Assembly (NCBI RefSeq): GCF_004010195.1 | Contig: NC_057718.1 | Coordinates: forward strand, 57,303,023 to 57,367,022 | Source of the DNA: Chiloscyllium plagiosum | Taxonomy: Eukaryota | DNA length: 64,000 nt | Direction: 5' to 3' | Part shown: piece after piece, positions 38,889 through 51,994 of the stretch | How positions within the stretch are numbered: position 1 is the first letter of the stretch | How the letters are laid out: each line of letters begins with the position of its first letter | Translations under genes and position numbers: made by a program | Notes under the pieces: generated by a model | The model's database searches: none | The model's input: only the letters and a program-made list of their open reading frames with translations | Told to the model about the DNA's origin: nothing

Positions 38889-39932
38889 CTGAAAAATATA
38901 CATAAATGCATTTCCTGAATTGAATCCAATAAATAACATGCAAAAATCAGATGAAAACAAGTAGATGTTTCTTGGATTGAAAATAAAATCAACAAAACAA
39001 TTTTGGAAGGAAACAAGTTATCTATTTTTAGATAATGACTGCCTTCACCAAGTCTAATAGCAAAGAAAGGATATAGAGTTTTAGCTGCATTCTGACCATC
39101 TTTCTCCATTTGAGCCTTTGTTAAAAGGTATAAAACCTACAAGTATTGATGTTCAGAGACACTTGGGTGCACTTCTAAAAGGAATTCAGAAAGTTAACAT
39201 TTCACAGCGCTCTATTATTAAATTCACTGCCTTCACCAAATCTAAATCTAAACTGGGAGGGATCAATTCGTAGTCTTTCAGGGAATTAAGGAGATTAAAG
39301 TGTAGGTGGGAAATTGGAGTTGAAGCTCAAGATTAGTCATGATTGTACTGAATGATGGCGCTCATGAATCCTGTTCCTATTTCTTGTATTCAGCTATCTG
39401 CCTGTGATGCAGGTGATTGAAGGTGTAGTCTACACTGAAGCTGCCCATTATTGCGGAGAGCAGTACTGCTCTTTGCACAAAGCAGATGCATATGCCATAC
39501 AGTACCATGGTAATGTTCGCATTGACATGCTTCATCAGGTTTAAACCTCTCTGGAGAAATTAGAGATAATTAAAAATATCAAAAGAATTAGAAATAAACT
39601 TATTAGTGTATAACACAACATTGGAATTATATATGCTTCAATATATTCAGAAACTGAAGTAATTGATGTGTAACTAACATCTGACTGTGCCTTTTTGCGC
39701 TTTTTAAAATTACAGATGGAAATGGGAAAGAACGGATTTAAAACCAATGTTTTAAATGATTGCTGCATTTTGGAAAACCAAGTAACCTGGCACTCATGCA
39801 AACAAGCGTTTGAATATGAAGTAACTGAAGTGGTTGCAGATGAATTAGAGCAGAGGGGTCCTGTGTACAGAGACAGAGAGGGGGTGTTTATTACGGGATT
39901 AGAGTTATGGTATTATATGCTAATAGTTTAGA

Positions 39933-40838
39933 AAGTTTGCAGATGACACCAAAATTGGAGGTGTAGTGGACAGTGAAGAAGGTTACCTCAAATTACAACG
40001 GGATCTTGATCAGATGGGCCAATGGGCTGAGAAGTGGCAGATGGAGTTTAATTTAGATAAACGTGAGGTGCTGCATTTTGGGAAAGCAAATCTTAGCAGG
40101 ACTTATACACTTAATGGTAAGATCCTTGGGAGTGTTGCTGAATAAAGAAACCTTGGAGTGCAGGTTCATAGCTCCTTGAAAGTGGAGTCGCAGGTAGATG
40201 GTTAGTGAAGGTGGTGTTTGGTATGCTTTCCTTTATTGGTCAGAGTATGGAGTACAGAAGTTAGGAGGTCATGTTGCGGCTGTACAGGACGTTGGAATAT
40301 TGCGTGCAATTCTAGTCTCCTTCCTATTGGAAACATGTTGTGAAACTTGAAAGGGTTCAGAAAAGATTTAGAAGGATGTTGCCAGGATTGGAGGATTTGA
40401 GCTATCAGAAGAGATTGAATAGGCTAGGGCTGTTTTCCCTGGAGCGTCAGGGGCTGAAAGATGATCTTCCAGAGGTTTATAAAATCATGAGGGGCATGGA
40501 TAGGATAAATAGACAAAGTCTTTTCCCTGGGGTCAGGGAGTCCAGAACTAGAGGGCATAGGTTTAGGGTGAGAGGGGAAAGATATAAAAGAGACCTACGG
40601 GGCAACTTTTTCACGCAGACAGTGGTACGTGTATGGAATGAGCTGCCAGAGAAAGTGGTGGAAGCTAGTACAATTACAGCATTTAAAAGGCATTTGGATG
40701 GGTATATTAATAGGAAGGATTTGGAGGGATATGAGCCAGGTGCTGGCAGGTGGCACTAGATTGGGTTGGGATATCTGGTCGGCATGGACAAATTGGATCA
40801 AAGGGTCTGTTTCCATGCTGTATATCTCTATGACTCTA
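39933..40838 (+). mobile_element. CR1 3' fragment from FADD to tail
   Basis: KFADDTKIGG...KLERVQKRFRRMLPGL...ctctatgactctat. Confidence 0.92.
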
Positions 40839-41219
40839 TTAGCACTTGTGATAAATAGTAATCTTATTATGTACAGAAACCTGGCTTATGCTTTCTATCA
40901 ATCTGGATCTGAAAATCAGGTGAATTCTCAGTGAGACATGATAAAAGTGAAAAAAAAACATGCATTTTAGATATCAGTGACTACGTGTTTTAGACTTCTG
41001 TTCAAAAGTTTAAGAATAATAAAGCATTCTTCGTGGAAGCATACTTTGACCACCAAAAAGGATTATTAAAAAATATTATAGTTAAATATAATTTTGTAGG
41101 TGAAGTAGTAATCTTTTAAAATTATACTGAAAAGAATTCTAGCACAGTTTCCAAACATACTTACAGATAATAAAGCAGCACACGTAATTCTGTACTGAAA
41201 GAGAGAGTTATAAACATAC

Positions 41220-41303
41220 CTAGAACGGGTCCATTTTCTTTCCTTTTTTCTCTGGGTTTAGGAATTGCCTTATTCATTATGGTCAAAATCTCCTTCTTGG
41301 CAG
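41220..41303 (-). CDS. PNPT1: PNPT1 exon 22 equivalent
   Basis: 84 nt, (A)AKKEILTIMNKAIPKPREKRKENGPVL(E), AG/GT. Confidence 0.95.
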
Positions 41304-41388
41304 CTAGTTTAAAAAAATACAACAGTATTATACCAATTCAAATGACAACTAAAACCAGAATTGTAATGAGAGATGGATTCAGATTTAC

Positions 41389-41452
41389 CTGAAGCTTGCT
41401 GGATAGCTTCCATTATAATTTTCAATGGCAGCCCTGCTATTTTAATGTCTGC
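41389..41452 (-). CDS. PNPT1: PNPT1 exon 21 equivalent
   Basis: 64 nt, ADIKIAGLPLKIIMEAIQQAS, AG/GT. Confidence 0.95.
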
Positions 41453-42111
41453 CTAAGAAAAAATAAATTATGTACATCAGTGCAATGTAACCGATTTTAA
41501 TCAGTATATTTAATTTTACATTTTCTTTGCTTTACTCAAGGAAGAAACAACATTACTGCAAAAATAACATGATTAACTTGAAATATATATTTGAGAACAA
41601 TTCATTCCTACTATACAATTACTGCTGAAACAATGATAACCTACAATAAATTACATATTTCTCACAGGGTGTGACAGAAGAAGTGATAATGTGCAAGACT
41701 AGGATTAAATTTATAAATTCACTCAATTTAAATCCTAAAACCGGTTTCCTGGAAACATGAAACTCAGCAACTCAATCCAGCACATGCAAATTCTATGTGC
41801 AATTTTTTGAGCATAATATTTTGCACATAACATAATTGAGGGCAAAAACAAATGAAATGCAAGTAATAAAATTAAATACACAAAAGTACAGACATCAGAA
41901 AGTTATGAAATTACTTTCTTTATACAAGTAAAGACAGCAATATAATGTACTACTGAGCTATTTCTATAAGGGTTAAAATAAATATTGGTATCATAAATGT
42001 CCTTCAATTCATTCAATCTGAACTTTCAGTAATATTGATAAAATGTCACCATAGGCTTGTTACAAAATTCCCTTATTGTATAAGGGAAACGTAGCAAAAG
42101 ATGGAAATAGA

Positions 42112-42417
42112 TGGGCAGCACGGTGGTTAACACTGCCGCCTCACAGCACGAGGGTCCCAGGTTCAATTCCAGCCTCTGGCGACTGTGAAAACTCCACACA
42201 GACATTCTCCCAGTGTCTGCGTGGGTTTCCTCCGGGTGCTCCGGTTTCCTCCCACAGTCCAAAGATGTGCAGATTAGGTGAATTGGCCATGCTGAATTGC
42301 CCATAGTGTTAAGTGCATTAGTTAGAGGGAGATGGGTCTGGGTGGGTTACTCCTTGGAGGGTCGGTGTGGACTGATTGGGCTGGAGGGCCTGTTTCCACA
42401 CTGTAGGGAATCTAATC
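42112..42417 (+). mobile_element. HE1/V-SINE-type SINE
   Basis: Homologous to 38312-38651, B box ggttcaattcc, aatctaatc tail. Confidence 0.88.
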
Positions 42418-42721
42418 ATGAAATATATTAATAAGACAGTAAAAGACTTCATGAGGATGCAGATAGATAAATGACAGCTTTGGTTCAGCAACAGAGTTGT
42501 CATCTTGGAACCAGAAGCCTGTACATGAGTTCTAGGATGATATTTCAATTCAGATCTGAGGAAGTATTTTGCTGCCGGACAAGATAGTATACTGATATCT
42601 CAAAGGCATATAAAATATTGCATGTCATTCTTTGAAAAGCAACAAGGATGTTTTCTTCAGTCACATAATTAATATTTATCCCTGAATCATAATCACTCCA
42701 TACCCCTGGTGTTAAAGCTCA

Positions 42722-44833
42722 TTGTTGTTGTGGTTCTGTTCGCCGAGCTAGGAATTTGTGTTGCAGACGTTTTGTCTCCTGTCTCGGTGACATCCTCAGT
42801 ACTTGGGAGCCTCCTGTGAAGCGCTTCTGTGATGTTTCCTCTGGCATTTGTAGTGGTTTGTCTCTTATAAATGCCAGAGGAAACATCACAGAAGCGCTTC
42901 ACAGGAGGCTCCCAAGCACTGAGGATGTCACCTAGACAGGGGACGAAACGTCTGCAACACAAATTCCCAGCTCGGTGAACAGAACCACAATGAGCACCCG
43001 AGCTACAAATCTTCTCACAAACTTTGAAGACCTATGGACAAGAGACGCTAAGACAAGCCAGGAAATGGGAATCCTGTGCCAACCGCCTAAGCGCCACATA
43101 CGAACAACTTCGGTTCCTGCACGAATGCAGAAAGAATCGAATCCTTCCACCATGTGTCAGATACAGACCACCAGTCAGCAACCCACAAGCCAGAGAGACA
43201 GCCAGACACAACAGGTTCAGGATGACCCAGGTAATGATTACAAACGCACACACCAGACTACACAAATACAGACAAGAAATTGCGCGCCAAAAGTCGTTAA
43301 TTTCAAAAACCACAAATCAATCAAGAATGGACCCGGGCCATAGAACAGGCTGTCACCATAGGACAGACCAGGACCACACACTGGAAAAAAACGGCACTAA
43401 AAGAAAAAAATGGCCAAACTAACACACAACAGAGAGGACACCACAACTCATACCTGGGTTAGAAACCTCTCCCACAGACAGCTCACAGACACAGAAGGAA
43501 CAATACTGGCCAAGGGACTCAACTATAACCACAGGGATGCCAAGACAGCAGACTTCCAAGCAGCACTAGAATGCACACTCAAACAATGGACTGACAGAAG
43601 AGACACAACAAATAGTGAGACAAAGTATCGTACCCCTGATAACAAGGAAAAGACAAACACAATCTCAATACCAAGGAGAGGGAAGCACTAAAAACACTAA
43701 GAAATAAGAACATAATCATACTACCAGCAAAGGCAGAATGACGGTCATCCTGGACAAAGCAGAGTACATCGAGAAAGCACAACAACTACTTGAAGATACC
43801 AACACCTACCAAAAGAGAGAGTTTGACCCCACCCCACAGCTCACCAATAGGATAAACAACACACTGAGGAACCTGCAAAAAAAAAACGGACAGAAAACCA
43901 GGTTTGACCTACAGAGAATGAAACCTGAAAGCAACACCACCCCCAGATTCTATGGACTACCTAAAGTGAACAAACCAGACATCCCACTCAGACCCATCGT
44001 ATCGCTACCAGGGACATCATCACACAAACTTGCTAAAGACCTATAACAGAAACTGAAACACCTGATCAGCGGATCCAGACACTCTATACAGACAACACTG
44101 GAATTCTTGGACATCAGAAATATACATTAGACAAGGAAGAAACTATGGTCTCATTCGATGTAACGGCACTGTTCACCTCTATCGACAAAACCCTAGCCAG
44201 AGAAACAATAGCCAACCTGCTGGACGTACAGAACAGACAAGACGGGGAACCTATCAACAAAGCCTGCATACTCAAACTACTGGACCTGTGCCTCACAACA
44301 CACTTTACATTCAACAACCAAATATATGAACAAATCAACGGCACACCCATGGGCTCACCCATCTCTGGACTCATAGCAGAAGCTGTAATGCAAAGATTAG
44401 AACAAACAGTCTTACCGCAAATTCAACCCAAACTCTGGGTCAGATATATAGATGATACCTTTGTAATAATTAAAAACACAAATAGAAAACACACACCGGA
44501 TCATCAAGCCACACTCACAGGAATCCGATTCACTAGAGAAGAAGAAAAGGACAACCAACTCCCATTCCTAGACGTGATGGTACAGAGAACACCGAACGGA
44601 GAATTCACCACAAAGGTATACAGGAAAGCCACACACACACACACAGACCAAGTCCTGAACAACAAACCACTATAAATGTCAGAGGAAACATCACAGAAGT
44701 GCTTCACAGGAGGCTCCCAAGCACTGAGGATGTCACCTAGACAGGGGACAAAACGTCTGCAACACAAATTCCCAGCTCGACGAACAGAATCACAACGAGC
44801 ACCTGAGCTACAAATCTTCTCACAAACTTTGAA
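42722..44833 (+). mobile_element. Penelope/Poseidon-type PLE: inverted pLTR, pLTR, frameshifted RT ORF, pLTR; endonuclease deleted
   Basis: PRFYGLPKVNKPDIPLRPIVS; SFDVTALFTSI; GTPMGSPISG; WVRYIDDTF; LPFLDV; pLTRs at about 42865-43028 and 44663-44833, inverted copy 42722-42860. Confidence 0.93.
42916..42955 (+). ncRNA. Minimal type I hammerhead ribozyme, family B, intact core
   Basis: GCA CUGAGGA U GUC-A-CCU AGAC AGG-G-GAC GAAAC GUC/UGC. Confidence 0.82.
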
Positions 44834-44917
44834 GCTCATTGTTGTTTGTGGGACTACATTTTTAGCACATTAGCTGCTGTTTTTCCCCACATTGCAACAA
44901 TGGCTATCCAAAGTTAA

Positions 44918-45072
44918 AAAAATCAGACAACACTAGGTTATAGTCCAACAGGTTTAATTGGAAGCACTAGGTTTTGGAGCACCACTCCTTCATCAGGTGG
45001 TTGTGGAGTACACAATTGTAAGGCACAGAATTTATAGCAAAGATTTACAGTGTGATGCAACTGAAATTATTG
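44918..45072 (-). mobile_element. PLE-like terminal repeat, family C, with inactive hammerhead at 44965-44999
   Basis: Homologous to 48145-48295; CAC CUGAUGA A GGAG..CUCC AAAA CC UA GUG. Confidence 0.7.
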
Positions 45073-46305
45073 AACTCCAAATCATGACTACATTGGCTAT
45101 GGTAGCTTCGGGGTAATTTGTGAAAACTGCAAAAATTCTTAATTCTTTCCTGTGCTTAACTTAATGTGCAAAACTTTGATGGAACGTACGCTGAGAGAAA
45201 AGATATTTTGAGAGAGCATGCAGTGAAAATATGCTGAAAAGTGTTGAAAAATTGGGGTAGCATTTATTGGAGAGTCTATGAGACGCCAGTATCACATTCT
45301 TCAGGGAAGGTCCACTGAATTAAGTGCCACTTTACTAGACAGTGGTGGAGTTTCTCTGGGAGCAAGGATCTGGGGCAGACAATCCACTTAAGAAATGCAC
45401 TTAACTAATAAGCCATTGAATGCGTGGGAAGACAGTGACTTCTACAGGTACAATGCCCATCTGAGGACTGGTATTATTGCTGGATCCTGAGTATGGTGAC
45501 GTTTGGAGAGGTATGATGGAGGGAAGAAAAATATGATGTCTCTCAGCAAATCACTCTTTCTGATGCTGGGTCCACTGATTAAGTACTGAATATTTTTGGA
45601 GGGGGGATTCCCTGCTCTCAACCTCCTCTAAAATCTAGTAAACAACCTTACAAGAGATTGCCAATTGTACTCCCCAGACAGTAAACCCTCCATTGTAACA
45701 GATGCAGAGCGGGAAGGCATTAATACATACAGAATGCATAGTATAGTTAAGTTGCTATAAAGAAAAACGTTTAAAATTTATATTAGAAACACTGAGCCCA
45801 AGAACTTGGAATACAAGTAAAAGCAAAATACAATGAATGCTGGATCTGTGAAATAAAAATATAAAATGTTGGAGAAACTTAGTAGGCCTGGCAACATCTG
45901 TATAAAGAAAAACAAAGTTAAATGTTTCAAGTCCAATGGCTTGACTTCAAAGATGATTTATTTTAGATGTGGCCAGGCTTGCTCAGCTTCTCCAGCATTA
46001 CATGTATTTCAATAAAATAGAAAATGTTTTGATCACAGCTAAATCACTGTTCAATTTTGAGTATCTTACAGAAATGACATTGGAGCTATAGAAAGCATAC
46101 AATGTAGATTAACAAACATTATGTCAACAAAAAGAAACTAAGACCTGAGATCTGAGAAATTTAAATGATTTGCTTTGAAGTAGAGAAACTAAAATAAAAA
46201 TTAGACATTTTCAAAATTCGGAGCTTTGATAGAGCAGATAGGTTAAAACATTCTTCGACACGGAGCAATCTATTTAATGAATAATGGAACAATTGTTTCA
46301 TTTAC

Positions 46306-46377
46306 CTGTAAAGCTGTTATTCCTTTGCTTGTACCTGCCATCTTAAAGTCCATATCTCCATTATAATCCTCAATACC
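46306..46377 (-). CDS. PNPT1: PNPT1 exon 20 equivalent (catalytic aspartates)
   Basis: 72 nt, [28 protein letters not shown]. Confidence 0.97.
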
Positions 46378-46462
46378 CTGCAAGAGTAAACAGAATTACT
46401 TGTATCTAAGCACATTCAAAAATCCAAGTCAATGTGGCAACAGTTCTTGGTCAAAAACACAC

Positions 46463-46572
46463 CAAAATGTCAGTCAGGAGACGGTAATCTTCGATTTCAG
46501 CAGGCTTTTCTGGATTTTTCTTTGTAATGAGGCCAACAGCTACACCGGCCACAGGAGCAGAGATTGGAACAC
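46463..46572 (-). CDS. PNPT1: PNPT1 exon 19 equivalent
   Basis: 110 nt, (G)[36 protein letters not shown], cag|...|gtgtgt. Confidence 0.95.
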
Positions 46573-46754
46573 CTGATGGATATATAAAACACCACAAATA
46601 AAAATGTAAACTCTACTATAGTGGAAAACAAATGCTTTAAATCTCTAGTCTTTTGTATAATCTAGCTGCATTTACTGAAAACATTTCCAATGCTTTCTTA
46701 CATATATTTTGAATTAAAAAGATACTGGTGAAAGGACACATGATAAGAACTTAC

Positions 46755-46808
46755 CTGCATCCATCAAAGCCATAGTTCCTGCACAAACAGATGCCATAGA
46801 AGATGAAC
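46755..46808 (-). CDS. PNPT1: PNPT1 exon 18 equivalent (phosphate-binding SSSMAS)
   Basis: 54 nt, (G)SSSMASVCAGTMALMDA(G), AG/GT. Confidence 0.96.
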
Positions 46809-48139
46809 CTGTAAGTTAAAAATGAATAGAGAGTGATAAATTGCTATGAGACCAGAACATTGGACTTCCAATTTCAACTACAAACACCACAACCCTAAAA
46901 GGGTAATGTACTATGTATATTGAAAACCTGAAATAAATACAGAAAATGCTTGAAACATTCTCTCTGGAGTGTTAGTCGAGACAGAAGGCATCAACATTTC
47001 AAGTGAATAATCTTACAACAGAACTGTCAGCACTTATATAACAATTTTTAAAAGTACATATCGATATTTAAAAAGTTAATTTGTCATAGTCCAACCGATC
47101 CCCAGAACTGATCTTATCTGAAACAGCTGACTGGTGATGGTTTAATTGGAGGGTCACCATACCTCAGGCAAGGGTCAAGACTGAGGAAGAGACTCCCTCA
47201 TGGCAACCTTGTTGGTGTGGAAATTGAACCCACACTGTTATATCATTTTGCATCACAAACCAGCTGTCCAGTCAAATGAGCTGACACTCTTATTTATATT
47301 TACAGACTGAGAAAAACAGGAAATAAGAAACAGCTTGGATACTTTCTAGGCAGAAAGGGGCTTTAATTACATAATTTCAAGAAAAATAATGTCAATAATT
47401 TAAAAAAATGTAGTCGACTTACTGTATACAGAAAAGCAAAATACTTCTGAGAAAAAGACAGACAAGCTTTTAGAGACACAAGAGATGGGTTTATGACTCT
47501 AATGGTGGAAAACTTGGTTTTGGAAAAGACTAAGGGAACTTCTGTGCTGACGGTTGCCAAGCAACCTTTTCTGGACTTAAATTCTGTTTTCGCAGACCTA
47601 AATGGTCAGTAAGGACCATTAATCTTGTGAACATTCAATCACAAGATTAAAGTTGCTTGCTCTCCTTCTCTCAGCAAAAGTTCTTGGAAATCTGATAAAG
47701 TTCTCAAATGTCAATACAAGCCCTGAAAAGCTGAATTATGACCACTTGCCAAAAACACAGATCCAGCTTGACTTTAAACTCAAGTGAAGCTCTTCCAATG
47801 GTCTATGGATGTCAGGAATTCAACTTCATTGACAGCAAACTCCACAGATTGTGAGTAATCATCAAATGCTTCAGACTCAACAGTGGTGCTTTCCCTTTTG
47901 CTTTTTTAAAAACAAAATCTCTGCAGATTTGTGTTGTCTTTAGCATCACGTATGTTTGTTTTTGGATTCAAAGCAACACTCTAAATCTGGATTACAGCTT
48001 ACTTGTATATCAGTTTTTCCACTTGTTTTTAGAAATGGGTTTCAGTTTATAATGAACTAAATTTGAGTTTCCTACTAAAACATGATGAAAGTTTATTTTC
48101 TTCTGATTTTGATATGTTGGTTTTGGACTGGGGTGTACA

Positions 48140-48615
48140 AAGGTAAAAGTCACACAACACCTGGTTATAGTCCAACGGATTTATTTGGAAGCACTAGCTT
48201 TCGGAGTGCCGCTCCTTCATCAGGTGGTTGTGGAGTATAAGATCGTAAGACACAGAATTTATAGCAAAAGTTTACAGTGATGTAACTGAAATTCTATGTT
48301 GAAAAAGACCTGGATTATTTGTTAAATCTCTCATCTGTTAGAATGACCATGTTGGTTTCAGTTCTTGCATATGTAAATCACAAAACCTTTAAAGTTACAT
48401 TCTCAAGTGAACTTTAACAATTGGAGTCATGTCAGCCCAGATTAATGCATTGTAGGTGTGAGGTGCCCTGTGTGAGACTGTGTCACAATGGTCAGACTGA
48501 TTCTAAACTTTAAAAAAAAAACGGATTTACAGAATCTTACATAGATTCATGCAATTTTTGAGCAAGGTCAAATGTAATTCTGCAAGTACAAATTCACCCC
48601 ACAAACTTGTATGTT
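48140..48615 (-). mobile_element. PLE-like 3' region/terminal repeat, family C
   Basis: Ends (minus strand) hammerhead-gtgcttccaAATAAA..gttggactataaccaggtgttgtgtga; second copy at 44918-45072; no ORF evidence, so class is inferred. Confidence 0.65.
48192..48226 (-). ncRNA. Minimal type I hammerhead ribozyme, family C, intact core
   Basis: CAC CUGAUGA A GGAG CGGCA CUCC GAAAG CUA/GUG; palindromic AGCU stem III. Confidence 0.82.
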
Positions 48616-48701
48616 TAAGTGTAGGATAATTAAATAAAAAGATTTAAAATAAACAGATGTGCTGTTGTTTGAATTTATAGTCAATCCATTTAATAACTTA
48701 C

Positions 48702-48791
48702 CATTAGATTCTAATACTTCTGCAGTTACTCTTATTGTAAATGGAAATTCTTTAGGAACCACAGGTTTCAATGCTTTTTCTGCAAGAGCAC
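48702..48791 (-). CDS. PNPT1: PNPT1 exon 17 equivalent
   Basis: 90 nt, (G)[29 protein letters not shown](G), AG/GT. Confidence 0.96.
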
Positions 48792-48881
48792 CTAAATTGA
48801 TATAATTTTAAGAGACAGAAATAAACATTTTGATAAATGGCATGAAGTTTAAGAATTAAACTTAATTTGTGTCCTCCTCAC

Positions 48882-48948
48882 CATGGCCTAGTTCCCTCCT
48901 ATTTTGACCAACTATTTTTCCGATTTCATTTGTTGCATATGGCGGGAA
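48882..48948 (-). CDS. PNPT1: PNPT1 exon 16 equivalent
   Basis: 67 nt, [22 protein letters not shown](G), AG/GT. Confidence 0.96.
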
Positions 48949-50641
48949 CTGAAATAACAAATATGACGCCATTAGACAAAACAGGACAAAAAGTTTGACT
49001 TTTTTCTTTTTATTGTAAAACAGAGTTGTGTTCAAAACAAATATATCAAACATAAACATCAGGAAATCTTCCTTGCTCCTGAACTTATTTAGTGGAGGTG
49101 GCAAATGTCTCATTGCCAGTTAGAGAATGGATGATAATCCTCATTGTCTCTTTACAGGAAGTCCTGTCCATGTAAGTGTCAAATTGGCAAGGATCAAGAG
49201 CTCCAGTCAAGCTTGCCAAGTGTGGCAGAGGCTGGCTACTTTTTATGGTTGTACCATCAAAGAGGTGGTGGTGGCTGCTGCTAGCACTCCACTCAAGGAT
49301 CAATAAATGGATGACAGGAAAGTTTGGTTGTGATCAAGGTGGTCAGCAGCAGGGTGGTTTTCAGCAAGTCACTGTCCCCAATTTCCTGATGTTGGAACCT
49401 ATGCTAAGGCAATCAAGTGCTTTAAATGAGGAAGACCTCTGAAAGCTCACAAACAACAATAAGGCAGTTTACTTTTCCAGTTTTTTATGTGGCTGATCCT
49501 CCGCTCACACTGAGTAAGTATCAGTTGCATTTGGATGAGACTTTACAGCAGTCATTAGTTACTCACTTAAGGACCTCAGTTGCCTTGGACTTTGACACCA
49601 CAGACTCGCTTGGATCAGTACAGATGTCATTGGATAGAGACAAACGTGGGAAGGTAGAGATTCTGACAGTGAATTTGGTGGTTGGAATTCATAAACAATA
49701 ATCAGGTAAGTGACAGATAATGTTGGTGATTTTGATTCGGTATATAGATTGGGGATAATTCTTTGAATAATGCCATACGATCCCTGACATTAGTCCAAGA
49801 ATGAAAATAGGATCTCAATTTAACATCCTATTTGAAAGATGCTTCTTCAACACTTGAGAGAGGTCTGAATTATGTGTTAGATTTTATCGGATGAGGCAGA
49901 AACATAATCCTCTGAGTACTATCAATAAATCAAGACTGAAAAGTGATAGGCAACTTTGGTCGACAGGAAGAAAAAGTTGTGAAACTACAAACAACTGTCA
50001 AATATTTGAAATTCTGACTTCACTAGTTCATTTTTCAATGAATGACTGCTGCTCATATAAAATGTCATTTTGAAACACAGATTTGTAAGCTGTGAAATAT
50101 TTTTATTCAAAGAAACACTTATTTCAGAGATTGGGTACAGAATGGTGCCACAAAGTCATTCAGTTAGTTTCGATCAGGAAATGCAGAAATGAGAGATCAT
50201 TGGCCTGAAACGTTAACTGTCTCTCTAGAGACGCTGTCTGACCCATTGAGAGTGTACAGCACTTTGTTTTGATTAAAGTAGACATTAGATTTTCAAAACC
50301 AATGTCTCCTTGTTACCCAGTAAGATCATTTGGAAGATGCATCTCTATGTAAAATCTTTTGCTAAGAGGTCTGATGAGAAAATGATGTGGACATAACTGA
50401 GTAAACTCCAAGTAGAAACATATTTACAGTACGAACTTGCCATCAATAGGAAATTAATAGGAAAGAATTATGCAAACAAAGAACAGAACATAAATCTATA
50501 ATTATGGCTCACGTTACAAATATTTTATTTTGATTCAACAAAATTAAGTGTGTCAGTATGTCACATCTGAAAGCTCAAAATGTATGATTGAAACAAATCA
50601 AAACCATCACTGTAATCGTGATACAGAAAAATATTACTTAC

Positions 50642-50678
50642 TTCATAGTGTAGCATAAAATTTTTTTCCTTCACTCCA
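50642..50678 (-). CDS. PNPT1: PNPT1 exon 15 equivalent
   Basis: 37 nt, (S)GVKEKNFMLHYE, cag|...|gtaagt. Confidence 0.94.
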
Positions 50679-51994
50679 CTGTATAAATAAAATTTATAAC
50701 ATTAGTTTGGGGCAGAGCATAACATATAGCACGAAGTGAAATATCACCTGATCTGAAAAGGGCACAATTTTTCTAATAGGCTTCAGGACATAACTATCAT
50801 AGGCAAATAATATTGAGAACCTGTATTGCGTGGGAACAAACTCCTGCCGTGATTTTCCACAAATTGGCCAATTACTGGTCAGACAGTGGACCTGTTGTTC
50901 AATTACGAATGATGGATAAACTCTTGAAGGTGGAGAAGCAATGGGAGGCCCTCCAGCACCAAAGGAGCAGAAAGTCAAGGTGGAGGCACTACTCCTTTAA
51001 TTTCAACTTTAGAAAGATAGCCTCAGTAGCTGGGCTTCCAGTATAAAGCCAGGTAGGCAGGAAGAGGATCCACATTTGCTTGCCCTGGTCTTTCTGGTAT
51101 CTTGCTGAAATCTCAAGTGACCTGGTAATCCATAAGAAAATTCCAGTTGGCCTTCAACTTTAATGAGGTCAACGTGCCGGTTGCAGGCAGATAAACCTTA
51201 TTATATGTCTCTCTTAATAACCATACCCCAATTCTGGGAAAATGGCCTAAGGATTGGTATACAGTCGATAAACCAGCACACCGACTTGTCGTAGAAATGT
51301 TTATACCCATCTCCCTTTGTGCCTGCCCTCATTAACAAAGTAAATATCCGGCTGAGACAGCTGTGAGAAAGAGGAGCTTTATTTCAGCAATGAATGATAC
51401 CAGTGGAATAAGCTGCAGTCAAACAAGGGCTAGTGGGAGGCATAAATAGGAATTCCAACCAATAGAGTGAAGGAAAGGTTCATTTCAGAAATAACAGAAA
51501 CTAAAGATAAGAAAGAGAGGGGAGCAAAGGGTAGTGAACAAATATGGCAAAAATAATACAAAGGAAATACTTAAAATGTCATTACAACGTACTAATCAAT
51601 TGATACGACATTTCAATATTGGTGGTCCGTGATCTAATCCTGGTCTGAAAGGCCTTTCCTAAATTTGATGCTTAAACTTAAAGCAACAGATTTTGAAAAT
51701 CACTGGGGGAGTGTGGCAAAGGAAGATGTACAAAGGAAAAGGCAACATTGTTTTACCTTTCACTCAATCTATTTGCAAAGACTGTTTAAAAAAGTAAAAA
51801 AAATTACAATCCTGCCCTGCTATCTCCATCAAAAATGTTTCAGTGAATGTTTTATTTCGTACCTGGCTAAAATGTTTGTAATCTCTGAAGCTAACATTAT
51901 ATCACTGTATATTTTATAAATATATAGATGCAATGCAATTGGTTTTCAGAAATTAGGAAAGCAAAACAAATAAAGATGCAATTGCAAGACTTAC

